Shown here one piece after another: positions 8,965 through 17,781 of a DNA stretch of 64,000 bases (positions within the stretch are counted from its first letter, which is position 1; the number at the start of each line of letters is the position of its first letter). A model generated the notes under the pieces. That model made no database searches and was not told the DNA's origin. It worked only from the letters and a program-made list of their open reading frames with translations. The translations under genes were made by a program, and so were the position numbers. Source of the DNA: an uncultured Planctomycetia bacterium (GTDB lineage Bacteria; Omnitrophota; Gorgyraeia; Tantalellales; Tantalellaceae); assembly GCA_964409365.1 (NCBI GenBank), contig CAYPCX010000004.1, positions 21,015-85,014 of the forward strand, written 5' to 3'.

Positions 8965-10727
8965 AAATGCGTTTAAAGATCACCATATCTTTCTTTGCGG
9001 CCGGGTTTGTCCTTGCGGGGATAGGGTGGCTGGTCATAGTGCTGGGGCAGCCTGCCTTGGTGATGTTTGTGGCCATTCCGCTGGCGGCTCTTATTGTCGG
9101 GCTTTTTACGGGCGGGGTGGTCTTCAGGAACCTCGCGGGAGTGGCGAAAGGGGCCAGTATCGTGCGTTCTGGCAGTCTGGAGTACAAGATCGGCACGAAG
9201 GCCAACGACGAGGTCGGCCAGATCTCGAGGGATATTGACGGTATCGCGGAAGACCTGAAAAAAGCGCGTTTTTCGATCGACGTGCTTAACATGGAAAGGA
9301 CCAGGTTCGACAAGACCGAGAAAGAGCTCTCGGCAAGAGAGGAACACTTCAGGAATCTTTTTGAACATTCTAACGACGCGGTCTTTATACATGATCTTGA
9401 CGGAAAGCTCATAGACGTGAACAACAAGGCATGCGAGATGCTGGGTTACGATAAAGAAACGCTCCTGGGGATACCCTTCATGGATCTGCAGACAGAGGAA
9501 GAGCTTACCAGCTCCAAAGAGGCGCGCAGGATAGGCGATGAAAAGTGCGCGGTGCGTTTCGAATCCAAACTCAGGAAGGTCGACGGGGTGCCTATTAACG
9601 TCGAGATCAGTTCCAGCGTGGTGGACCTTAAGAAGGGGATAATGCAGGCGATAGTCCGCGATATAACCGAACGAAAAAAGCTGGAAGAGGCGCTGAAGGA
9701 GTCCGAGGAAAAATTCCGCACGTTCATGGAAACGGCCAGCGATCTGATGTACATAACAAGCAAATACGGCGAGCTGAAATACGTGAACCAGACCATGGCG
9801 AGCGCGCTCGGCTATACGGTTCAAGAGATGCAGGGAGGCATGCACATCACCGATATCATGGAGGACAAGACAAAAGAGGCCTTTAAGGGGCAGCACAGGC
9901 AGCTGGTCACGAACGGGGAAGTAATGTATGAGCCTGTCTGGGAGACCAAGAACCGGAGGAAGATCTACGGGGAAGTCAAAGAAAGCTCCATTTATGATAT
10001 GCAAGGCAGGTTTGCCGGGAGCAGGGGGGTCTTTCGTGATATAACCGAACGCAAGAAGATCGAAGAAGCCCAGCGGCTGGCGCAGCTGGGGAAACTGGCC
10101 GCTGACGTGGCGCATGAGGTGAACAACCCGGTGACAGTTATCTCGGCAAGGGCCCAGCTTTACCTGCGGGATGAAAAGGTTGACGAAAAGATCAAGAAGA
10201 ACCTTGAAATAATAGTCCAGCAGTGCGAGCAGGCCCAGAGCATCGTGCACAGGCTGCTCAAATTTTCCAAGCCCAGCAGAGGCGAGATAAAGGAGATAGA
10301 TATAAACGATACGATCAAAAGCGTGATAAACCTGGTAGAACCGCACTTCCGCGGTTCCGCGGTACGCCTGGCCACGGAACTCATGCCGTCACCTTCCCGC
10401 GTAAAGGCGGATGAAAAACATATGCAGGAAGTTTTCATGAACCTTCTCAGGAACGCCGCCGAAGCTATGCCGGACGGAGGCACGGTCACGGTGAAGACAT
10501 CGCTGGACGGTGATAATGTCCGCATAGATTTTATTGATACCGGCAGCGGGATCGCGGAAGAGGACCTGAAAAGGATATTCGACCCGTTCTTCACTACAAA
10601 AGAGAACGGGACCGGCCTGGGCCTTTCTGTTTGTTACGGCATACTCAAGAGCCACGGCGGCGACCTGAAGTATAAGTCCAGGCCGGGCGAAGGCACTACC
10701 GCCACTGTTCTTCTCCCCGCCGGGTAG
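8961..10727 (+). CDS. Membrane PAS/PAS sensor histidine kinase (HAMP, 2x PAS, HisKA, HATPase)
   Basis: N-terminal 2 TM; PAS signatures (NDAVFIHDLDGKLIDVNNKACEMLGY); H-box AHEVNNPVT; G-box GTGLGLSV; ATGA overlap with upstream gene. Confidence 0.85.
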   Translation: MKMRLKITISFFAAGFVLAGIGWLVIVLGQPALVMFVAIPLAALIVGLFTGGVVFRNLAGVAKGASIVRSGSLEYKIGTKANDEVGQISRDIDGIAEDLKKARFSIDVLNMERTRFDKTEKELSAREEHFRNLFEHSNDAVFIHDLDGKLIDVNNKACEMLGYDKETLLGIPFMDLQTEEELTSSKEARRIGDEKCAVRFESKLRKVDGVPINVEISSSVVDLKKGIMQAIVRDITERKKLEEALKESEEKFRTFMETASDLMYITSKYGELKYVNQTMASALGYTVQEMQGGMHITDIMEDKTKEAFKGQHRQLVTNGEVMYEPVWETKNRRKIYGEVKESSIYDMQGRFAGSRGVFRDITERKKIEEAQRLAQLGKLAADVAHEVNNPVTVISARAQLYLRDEKVDEKIKKNLEIIVQQCEQAQSIVHRLLKFSKPSRGEIKEIDINDTIKSVINLVEPHFRGSAVRLATELMPSPSRVKADEKHMQEVFMNLLRNAAEAMPDGGTVTVKTSLDGDNVRIDFIDTGSGIAEEDLKRIFDPFFTTKENGTGLGLSVCYGILKSHGGDLKYKSRPGEGTTATVLLPAG

Positions 10728-10744
10728 AATTTGCCCTTGCCTAA

Positions 10745-10772
10745 ATCATGTGCTATGTTATAATCTTTTTTA
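10745..10772 (+). promoter_or_regulatory. sigma70-like promoter (TTGCCT-16-TATAAT) upstream of tRNA-Phe region
   Basis: ttgcct aaatcatgtgctatgt tataat read in sequence. Confidence 0.4.
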
Positions 10773-10776
10773 ACCG

Positions 10777-10970
10777 GCGCCACGGTAGCTCAGCAGGTTC
10801 CCCGAACCCTTTTAGGGTTCGGGATAAAAGCAACCGGGCAGTCTCATTTTCCCCGAACCCTTTCAGGGTTCGGGATAAATTCGGCCATACAACTTATGTT
10901 CGCTGGCGCTCCATAAGTTGTGGCCTCATTTAGAGCAGGGATTTGGCATATAGAGGACTTGGCATTGTGG
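10777..10970 (+). repeat. Pseudo-tRNA-Phe fragment (5' 22 nt of tRNA-Phe duplicated) interrupted by two 33-bp palindromic direct repeats and a third hairpin
   Basis: ggcgccacggtagctcagcaggt at 10777 is identical to the 5' end of the intact tRNA at 10970; tagagcaggg fragment at 10931; repeats ttccccgaaccctttNagggttcgggataaa at 10798 and 10849. Confidence 0.6.
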
Positions 10971-10971
10971 C

Positions 10972-11047
10972 GCCACGGTAGCTCAGCAGGTAGAGCAGGG
11001 GACTGAAAATCCCTGTGTCGGTGGTTCGATTCCGCCCCGTGGCACCA
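10972..11047 (+). tRNA. tRNA-Phe (GAA)
   Basis: cloverleaf by eye; near-identical to E. coli tRNA-Phe core (AGAGCAGGGGAcTGAAAATCCC...GGTTCGATTCC); CCA encoded. Confidence 0.9.
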
Positions 11048-11054
11048 TTTTATT

Positions 11055-11089
11055 AAAAAACCCGGCTAATATTACAGCCGGGTTTTTTG
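11055..11089 (+). terminator. Rho-independent terminator (cccggct-N8-agccggg + T6), bidirectional-looking
   Basis: A-run, 7-bp GC stem, T-run read in sequence. Confidence 0.7.
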
Positions 11090-11514
11090 TTAATTCGGTT
11101 CTTCATAGGGGGAAACGAGAGTTTCCCCCTCTTGACGGTCGCTTCGCGACCTGTCACCCCCTTCCCATAGGTTTTAAGGAATCATGCCTGCTTTCTGGAT
11201 CAAAGAAGAAGGGGGAAGTATATCCCCCTTCTTCTTTGGAATAATATTCCCCTAAATTTGTGCTTTACTTTATATTATTGCTGGATGGGACAGGCCCCCT
11301 CAAGTTGTCTCTAGGATCGCATGCCACGTGTCGGGACCTTAGCTCGCTATGCTGGCGCTGGGGCGGTTACCGCTCCTTGTCCATGGTATTGCAGGAACGA
11401 CGAGGCGGGATTTTGTTCTGTTTTAAGACAAGATACAATATGTTCGGGTTGAGGGCTAGATCACTCGAAGAAACTTGAAAAAAGCCGAAGAGCCTCGTGT
11501 TCCATCTGTAAACC

Positions 11515-11730
11515 ATACGTAACCAGTTCCCAGTAACCAGTTCCCAGTAACCAGTAACCAGTAACCAGTAACAAGGAAAAAGGAAAAAGGAAAAAGTATC
11601 AAGTGTTGAGTTGTGAGTTGTTAGTCATGAGTTGTACGACTCAATACTAAGAACTAAAAGCTAACAACTAATATCTTCCAGGCATCTACGTTCTTCTGTC
11701 CTCTGTCTTCTGACCTCTGTTTTCTGACAC
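11515..11730. repeat. Composite heptad-array element: (CCAGTAA/CCAGTTC)n-(AGGAAAA)3-120-bp core (IR-L 11596..11715)-(NNCTGNN)5
   Basis: 7-nt periodicity throughout; core is the reverse complement of 18411..18530 (about 94% identity by eye). Confidence 0.85.
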
Positions 11731-11791
11731 CTGCGACCTTTCATCCCCCTCAAGTTGTATCTGGAATAGCAAGCCAGTATACTTACAAGAG

Positions 11792-12547
11792 ATGAAAGGG
11801 CCTTATTTGCTGGTGATCGGTTTTGTGGCGGGGTTTGCGAGCGGCGCGTTCGGGATTGGCGGGGGAGTGGTCATGGTCCCGGCGCTGGTACTCATCTGCA
11901 GGTATGAGATCAAGAAAGCCATTGGTATATCCCTGGCGACGATAGTTCCCACTGCCCTTGTGGGGGCCCTCACGCATTACCTGATATGTAGCAGTAATAT
12001 CGAATTCCCGGTGGTCCTTCTGGTCTCTCCCGGCGCTATTGCCGGCGCCTGGGTCGGGGCCAGGCTGGGGAACAGGCTCAGCAGCAGGCTGCTGTCCGGG
12101 CTGTTCGCCCTGTTTCTGACGTTCGTGGGCCTGAAACTCATGGGTATAGTTAGATTACCGATCAGTGTGCTCTCGAGTACGGCTGTCCACCCCGGGCTGG
12201 TCCTCCTTGGTCTGGCCGCCGGGGTTTGCTCGGCCCTGTTAGGGATAGGAGGAGGCGTCGTGATGGTGCCCTTTCTGAACCTTTTGTTCGGCCTTGGGAT
12301 ACACGAGGCCATAGCGACATCGCTCACGATCGTCGTGCCGACCACTTTTGCCGGGGCCGTGTTCCATAGGAGGCTGAATAACCTGGATGCCGGGCCCTTG
12401 AAATACCTGGTGCCGGCCGCTTTTCTTGGGGTCATCCTGGGAGCCGTTACGGCCAATTGTCTGTCGCAAGAGGTTTTAAAGGTCGCTTTCGGGGTCCTCA
12501 TGGTCCTGTGTTCTGTTAAGCTTTTTCTTGAAAAAAAACACCTTTGA
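11792..12547 (+). CDS. TauE/SafE (DUF81) sulfite/anion exporter family membrane protein
   Basis: two internal repeats each with GxGGGxxxxP motif (FGIGGGVVMVPAL; GIGGGVVMVPFL). Confidence 0.85.
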   Translation: MKGPYLLVIGFVAGFASGAFGIGGGVVMVPALVLICRYEIKKAIGISLATIVPTALVGALTHYLICSSNIEFPVVLLVSPGAIAGAWVGARLGNRLSSRLLSGLFALFLTFVGLKLMGIVRLPISVLSSTAVHPGLVLLGLAAGVCSALLGIGGGVVMVPFLNLLFGLGIHEAIATSLTIVVPTTFAGAVFHRRLNNLDAGPLKYLVPAAFLGVILGAVTANCLSQEVLKVAFGVLMVLCSVKLFLEKKHL

Positions 12548-12573
12548 TTATACAATCTATCGCATGTAGCGGA

Positions 12574-12649
12574 GCCAGCGTAGCTCAGTTGGCAGAGCAA
12601 GGCATTCGTAATGCCTAGGTCGGTGGTTCGAATCCACTCGCTGGCTCCA
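12574..12649 (+). tRNA. tRNA-Thr (CGT)
   Basis: cloverleaf; anticodon loop ATTCGTAAT; closely resembles E. coli tRNA-Thr(CGU); CCA encoded. Confidence 0.85.
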
Positions 12650-12668
12650 CAGTTTTACCATTCCTGAC

Positions 12669-13928
12669 ATGGCTCGTTTTCGAGACGTCCTTTTTAAAAG
12701 GAACTTCTTTTCCCTGTGGTCCGGCCAGATCATATCCGAATTCGGTGACCGTTTGAACCAGATGGCATTGATCTCGCTTGTCTATTCAAAAAGCCCCGGA
12801 TCCGTCATGGCCATGGCCAATCTGCTTTTTTTCATCGTTATACCCGTGTTCGTCATAGGGCCGGTGGCGGGCGTGTATGTCGACAGATGGGACCGCAAAA
12901 GGGTCATGATCATATCCGATATAATCAGGGGACTCCTGGTGCTGGCCGTACCGGTCTTTGTGCGTCTTGACCTGATGTGGCCGGTGTACATAATAGTATT
13001 CCTTATCTTTTCGGCCACGAGATTTTTTCTTCCCTCCAAACTGGCGTTGATCCCGACGATAGTGGCAAAGGATGATCTGGTCGTGGCCAATTCGCTTTCC
13101 AACACCACCCGCATGATCGCCACCATTCTCGGTTTTGCCCTGGCCGGGTTCATAGTAAAGTGGATAGGGTACATGTGGGGTTTTTATCTGGACAGCATGA
13201 GTTATTTTATTTCGGCCGGTTTTATAGCGATCATTACCCCGAAAAGGAAACTCGTCAACGTGCGGGAAGAGATCCAGATGACGGGAGAGATAATATCAAG
13301 ATCCATCAGAAGGAACGTATGGGGCGAGATAGTCGAGGGGATCGGTCATATGATGGGAAAAAGCAAGATGAGGGTGGTTACCAGCTCCTTGTTCCTTTTG
13401 ATGGCCGGCGCCGGATCGATCTTCTGTATCATCATAGTCTTTATCCAGCAGGCGTTCGGGTCTATAACCGAGGATCTGGGTCTTCTCGGGGTGTTCCTTG
13501 GCGCGGGGCTTTTCCTGGGTACCATCGTTTACGGAAAGTATGGCCAGAAGATGTCGAAGATACGCGCGATATTCGTCTGTTTCGGCCTTAGCGGCGTTGC
13601 GATCTCGCTTTTCGCGCTTTATTCAAGCAGGGACCCTGTTTTTCTGGTAGGAGGGCTCTTGATCATGCTTGTCGGGGCGGCGGTCGCCCCCATATTGACC
13701 TGCACCAACGTTTTGATACATACCCTTGTACCCGACGAGGTAAGGGGACGCATATTCAGCTCGATGGAGGCGGTCATGCACCTTGCGTTTATCGTGTTCA
13801 TGTTCATGACGGCGTATCTTTCCAAGCACGTGTCAAACCTGACGATATTACTGGCCAGCGGAACGATGTTCATAATAATCGGTTTTACGGGACAGGCCTT
13901 TTTCTCGGGGGGAAGGGCCGGAGGCTAA
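12669..13928 (+). CDS. MFS transporter (12 TM)
   Basis: hydrophobicity pattern and MFS-type loop motif VDRWDRKRVM between TM2 and TM3. Confidence 0.8.
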   Translation: MARFRDVLFKRNFFSLWSGQIISEFGDRLNQMALISLVYSKSPGSVMAMANLLFFIVIPVFVIGPVAGVYVDRWDRKRVMIISDIIRGLLVLAVPVFVRLDLMWPVYIIVFLIFSATRFFLPSKLALIPTIVAKDDLVVANSLSNTTRMIATILGFALAGFIVKWIGYMWGFYLDSMSYFISAGFIAIITPKRKLVNVREEIQMTGEIISRSIRRNVWGEIVEGIGHMMGKSKMRVVTSSLFLLMAGAGSIFCIIIVFIQQAFGSITEDLGLLGVFLGAGLFLGTIVYGKYGQKMSKIRAIFVCFGLSGVAISLFALYSSRDPVFLVGGLLIMLVGAAVAPILTCTNVLIHTLVPDEVRGRIFSSMEAVMHLAFIVFMFMTAYLSKHVSNLTILLASGTMFIIIGFTGQAFFSGGRAGG

Positions 13929-14116
13929 GATCTGGCCACTTTCTGGCTTTTCTTTTTCAGCGGGCTGGGTGACGGCGACCAGCAAGAGTCATAGAAAGTG
14001 CAAAGAGAACAACAGATGTTCTCCTTGTTATGCTCGCCCCGGTACCATTTGGTCTCACAGGTCCAGTAATATTGGCATTTTTCGCAGCAGTTCAGCTTTT
14101 TACGTCTTCCGGCCAT
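13925..14116 (-). CDS. Hypothetical small cysteine-rich protein (63 aa, 8 Cys, 3 Trp)
   Basis: ORF only; weak RBS; CCEKCQYYWTCETKW...ICCSLCTFYDSC. Confidence 0.2.
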   Translation of the reverse strand: MAGRRKKLNCCEKCQYYWTCETKWYRGEHNKENICCSLCTFYDSCWSPSPSPLKKKSQKVARS

Positions 14117-14206
14117 GGTGGTTTAGTGAGGTAATGATCTAAGCGGTAATATTAAATATCGTGAATTAATTATATAACGAATATGCGTGTATTTCAATAA
14201 AAATAC

Positions 14207-14241
14207 CCCGACACCCGATACCTGAGGCCCGGCACCTGATG
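14207..14241. repeat. (CCYGANN)x5 heptad array immediately upstream of rnf promoter
   Basis: cccgaca cccgata cctgagg cccggca cctgatg. Confidence 0.8.
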
Positions 14242-14244
14242 TGA

Positions 14245-14272
14245 TTGACAAACCCATTCCAATATGTATAAT
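14245..14272 (+). promoter_or_regulatory. sigma70-like promoter TTGACA-16-TATAAT (TG-extended) for rnf operon
   Basis: consensus hexamers read in sequence, about 40 nt before rnfC ATG. Confidence 0.55.
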
Positions 14273-14313
14273 GGGAATTCACCCTGATTTCTGGCAGTTA
14301 ACGGCATAAAAAC

Positions 14314-15651
14314 ATGAAGATATTGACGTTTCCCGGGGGAGTACATCCCGAATATTTCAAGGATATCAGCATACGGGAGCCGCTTAGAGAAGCCCCCCTT
14401 CCGCGTGTCGCCGTAGTACCCCTTTCGCAGCATATAGGCGCGCCCAACCAACCCGTTGTGGCAAAGGGAGATACGGTCGAAGAAGGGCAGCTTTTGGCGA
14501 GGACCGACAGTTATGTCTCCAGTCCGGTTCATGCTCCTGTATTCGGGAAAGTAGCGGAGATAAAAAAGGCGTTCCACCCCTCATTAGGATATACTCCATG
14601 CGTGTTCATAGAACGTGACGGAACAAAAAAACCCAAAAAATACGCCGAGCAGGACGTAGAAAACCTTACTCCGCAAGACCTTGTAGAAAAGATCAAGGAT
14701 GCCGGCATCGTGGGTATGGGCGGCGCCGCGTTCCCCACTCATGTGAAGCTTAACGTCCCGGAAGGCAGGAAAATAGAGACCCTGGTGGTCAACGGCGCGG
14801 AATGCGAGCCGTATCTTACCTGTGACCACGTACTGATGACCCGTAAGACAGGGGAGATACTTAAGGGCATCGCTATCGTGATGAAGATACTCCAGCCGAA
14901 AAAGACCATTATCGCGGTAGAGGATAATAAAAAAGCGGCTATCTTCGCTTTCCAGAAACTTATAAAGGATTCCACACATAAGGCTATATCCCAGATAGAG
15001 ATAGCGTGTCTGAAGACAAAATATCCCCAGGGCGGGGAAAAGCAGCTGATAAAAGCGGTAGCGAACAGGGAAGTGCCCCCGGGGGGGTTGCCGCTTGACA
15101 TAGGGTTCCTGGTGCATAACGTGGGGACGATCAATGCCATATATGAAGCGGTTTACCTGAATAAGCCCCTCATAGAACGGGTGGTCACCATCTCGGGCGA
15201 CTGCATGAACAGGCCGGGGAATTATGTGATAAGAGTAGGCGCGACCATAAAGGATATCATCGAACAGTACGGCATAGAACTTTACAAAGAACCGAAAAAG
15301 ATAATCGTAGGCGGCCCCATGATGGGGTTCGCCCAGCCGCAGACGGAAGTCTCCGTGCTCAAAAGCACTTCCGGCGTGCTTTTCCTTTCAGAACAGCTTG
15401 CCGGGACCTGTGAAGAAGGGCAGTGCATAAGGTGCGCCAAGTGCGTCGACGTGTGTCCGGTCAATCTGATCCCTACGGATATCATGAGGAACGTGGATAA
15501 GGACAAGTGGGACGCGGTGGAAGAGCTGAACGCCGGTGACTGCATGGAATGCGGAGCGTGCGCTTATATCTGCCCGGCGCGGATACCGCTCGTCCATTAC
15601 ATCAAGGAAGGGAAGGCCGTGCTGGCCCGGAATAACAGGGGGAAAAAGTAG
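14314..15651 (+). CDS. rnfC: Rnf electron transport complex subunit C
   Basis: GMGGAAFPTHVKL NADH/FMN site; two 4Fe-4S CxxCxxCxxxCP motifs. Confidence 0.9.
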   Translation: MKILTFPGGVHPEYFKDISIREPLREAPLPRVAVVPLSQHIGAPNQPVVAKGDTVEEGQLLARTDSYVSSPVHAPVFGKVAEIKKAFHPSLGYTPCVFIERDGTKKPKKYAEQDVENLTPQDLVEKIKDAGIVGMGGAAFPTHVKLNVPEGRKIETLVVNGAECEPYLTCDHVLMTRKTGEILKGIAIVMKILQPKKTIIAVEDNKKAAIFAFQKLIKDSTHKAISQIEIACLKTKYPQGGEKQLIKAVANREVPPGGLPLDIGFLVHNVGTINAIYEAVYLNKPLIERVVTISGDCMNRPGNYVIRVGATIKDIIEQYGIELYKEPKKIIVGGPMMGFAQPQTEVSVLKSTSGVLFLSEQLAGTCEEGQCIRCAKCVDVCPVNLIPTDIMRNVDKDKWDAVEELNAGDCMECGACAYICPARIPLVHYIKEGKAVLARNNRGKK

Positions 15652-15654
15652 CCG

Positions 15655-16599
15655 ATGAACAAGCTGGCGTTGAGCGTTTCACCGCATATAGTTTCACCTA
15701 TGGACACGCGCTTTATGATGAAAGGCGTCGTCAAGGCGCTCATCCCGGCCATCATTGCCAGCTTGTATTTTTTCAGGTGGAAAGCAGCCGGCGTTATGCT
15801 GGTCTCGCTGGCGGGTTGTGTCATTACCGAATATCTGTTCCAGAAGCTTAGGAAGAGGAAGGTAAAGATAAACGATTTCAGCGCTGTGGTAACGGGTCTC
15901 TTGCTGGCGATGGTGCTTCCGCCGGCCATCCCGTTGTGGATGGCGTTCCTCGGAGGCGTTTTCGCCGTCGCTCTCGGGAAAGAGCTTTTCGGCGGCCTGG
16001 GACAGAACGTGTTCAATCCCGCGCTTCTGGCAAGGGCTTTTCTGATGGCGGCATTTCCCGTAGCACTTACTACGTGGACTCATCCCATAACGCTTGATGC
16101 CATGACCGGCGCCACGCCTCTCGGGGTCGCGAAATTCGACCACATAATGACGCCGTATCTTTCGCTTTTTATAGGCAACATTGGGGGCTCTATCGGTGAG
16201 ACGTCCGCGCTGGCCATACTTTTGGGGCTGGTGTATCTTTTATACAATAAGATAATCGACTACAGGATACCCGTGGCTTTTATCGGAACGGTCGCGCTCT
16301 TCGGGACGGTTCTTTACTTAATAGCCCCGCAAAAATATATGTCACCTCTTTTTTACGTACTGGCGGGCGGGCTTTTACTGGGAGCGGTATTCATGGCGAC
16401 CGACCCCGTGACGACTCCGGTCACGGCGAAAGGCCGCTGGATCTTCGGGATAGGCTGCGGGGTAATAACGATGCTCATCCGTCTGTGGGGAGGGCTTCCC
16501 GAGGGCGTGATGTATTCGATACTTTTCATGAACGCGTTCACCCCTCTTATAAACAGGATATCAAGGCCCGGAAGATTTGGAGAGACAAGTGGAAAATAG
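15655..16599 (+). CDS. rnfD: Rnf complex subunit D (NqrB/RnfD family)
   Basis: polytopic membrane protein; TGATPL FMN-attachment-type motif. Confidence 0.85.
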   Translation: MNKLALSVSPHIVSPMDTRFMMKGVVKALIPAIIASLYFFRWKAAGVMLVSLAGCVITEYLFQKLRKRKVKINDFSAVVTGLLLAMVLPPAIPLWMAFLGGVFAVALGKELFGGLGQNVFNPALLARAFLMAAFPVALTTWTHPITLDAMTGATPLGVAKFDHIMTPYLSLFIGNIGGSIGETSALAILLGLVYLLYNKIIDYRIPVAFIGTVALFGTVLYLIAPQKYMSPLFYVLAGGLLLGAVFMATDPVTTPVTAKGRWIFGIGCGVITMLIRLWGGLPEGVMYSILFMNAFTPLINRISRPGRFGETSGK

Positions 16600-17173
16600 T
16601 CCCCTCAGGCGCATATTCGGCAACACGGTCGTGAAGATGATAATCGCGCTGACTCTGGTAGGCGTCGTTTCGGGAGCGACGCTGGTAATGGTCTACAACG
16701 CGACGATAGATAAGATAAAATTCAACGTCAACCAGGCCCAGGACAGGGCCATCAGGGAGATCTTCAAGGATGCCGACAAGATAGAAGAGACGAAGGAAGA
16801 AGGCGTTTTCAAGGTCACCGACAAGGAAGGAAAACTTCTCGGGTACGCGTTCACCGCCGAAGGCAACGGATACCAGGGGATCATAAAGATGATAGCGGGC
16901 GTCGATCCGGAGTTCACGAAACTGAACGGTATGGAGGTCATCGAATCACAGGAAACACCCGGCCTGGGAGCGGAAATAGCCGGGACCCCGTTCCGCAGCC
17001 AGTTCGAGGGGCTTTCGATCACGCATCCCATAGAGTATGTAAAGAACCAGAAACCGGTCGAGCCGTACCAGATAGAGGCCATAACCGGGGCCACGATATC
17101 TTCCCGGGCCGTGGTGAACATCCTGAACATAAGGATAGGCGAGATCAAGAAGGTTTTGAGAGGCGAAGGATGA
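16577..17173 (+). CDS. rnfG: Rnf complex subunit G (FMN-binding)
   Basis: single N-terminal TM; ITGATISS covalent-FMN motif. Confidence 0.85.
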   Translation: MERQVENSPLRRIFGNTVVKMIIALTLVGVVSGATLVMVYNATIDKIKFNVNQAQDRAIREIFKDADKIEETKEEGVFKVTDKEGKLLGYAFTAEGNGYQGIIKMIAGVDPEFTKLNGMEVIESQETPGLGAEIAGTPFRSQFEGLSITHPIEYVKNQKPVEPYQIEAITGATISSRAVVNILNIRIGEIKKVLRGEG

Positions 17174-17781
17174 TAAAAGATCTCATTAAAGGCCTGTGGC
17201 GGGAAAACCCCGTGTTCGTCCAGGTGCTGGGCATGTGCCCCACGCTGGCCGTGACTACAAAAGCCCTTTTCGGGTTTTCGATGGGGATGGCCACGACCTT
17301 TGTAGTGGTGTCTTCCGGCGTGGTCATCTCGGCCATCAGGAGGTTCGTTCCGGAGCAGGTCCGCATACCGATGTTCACGGTCATCATAGCTACGTTCGTT
17401 ACCGCGGCCGACTATTTTCTTAAGGCTAATTTTTACGAGATAAGCAAAGCCCTGGGTCCGTACGTACCGCTCATAGTCGTGAACTGTGTCATACTCGGAC
17501 GGGCGGAAGCGTTCGCTTCCAAGCACAACGTGTGGAGGTCCTTTCTGGACGCGCTGGGCATGGGTATAGGTTTTACCTGCGCGCTGATAGTTCTGGGAGC
17601 GGTAAGGGAACTTCTGGGTTCCGGCACGGTCTTCGGCTACAATGTTATGTGGGAAGGGTTCACGAAATGGGTCGTGATGGTCCTTCCGGCGGGCGCTTTT
17701 ATAACGCTTGGCCTTCTGGTAGGGATCTTCAACGTGATAGATAATAAGGTCAAGGCAAGAGGGGAGGGCAGGCAGAAATGA
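17170..17781 (+). CDS. rnfE: Rnf complex subunit E
   Basis: RnfA/RnfE/NqrDE family 6-TM protein; position in operon. Confidence 0.85.
   Translation: MIKDLIKGLWRENPVFVQVLGMCPTLAVTTKALFGFSMGMATTFVVVSSGVVISAIRRFVPEQVRIPMFTVIIATFVTAADYFLKANFYEISKALGPYVPLIVVNCVILGRAEAFASKHNVWRSFLDALGMGIGFTCALIVLGAVRELLGSGTVFGYNVMWEGFTKWVVMVLPAGAFITLGLLVGIFNVIDNKVKARGEGRQK

Noticed and set aside
10798-10881. Two 33-bp palindromic direct repeats with an 18-nt spacer as a possible CRISPR array
   Set aside because: Only two repeats, the spacer is too short, there are no cas genes in the window, and the repeats sit inside a disrupted tRNA-Phe copy. More likely an insertion or hairpin element than CRISPR.
11260-11478. 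72-aa plus-strand ORF in the hairpin-rich non-coding region
   Set aside because: No RBS, the composition is unlike neighbouring genes, and it is made largely of palindromic sequence. Treated as non-coding.
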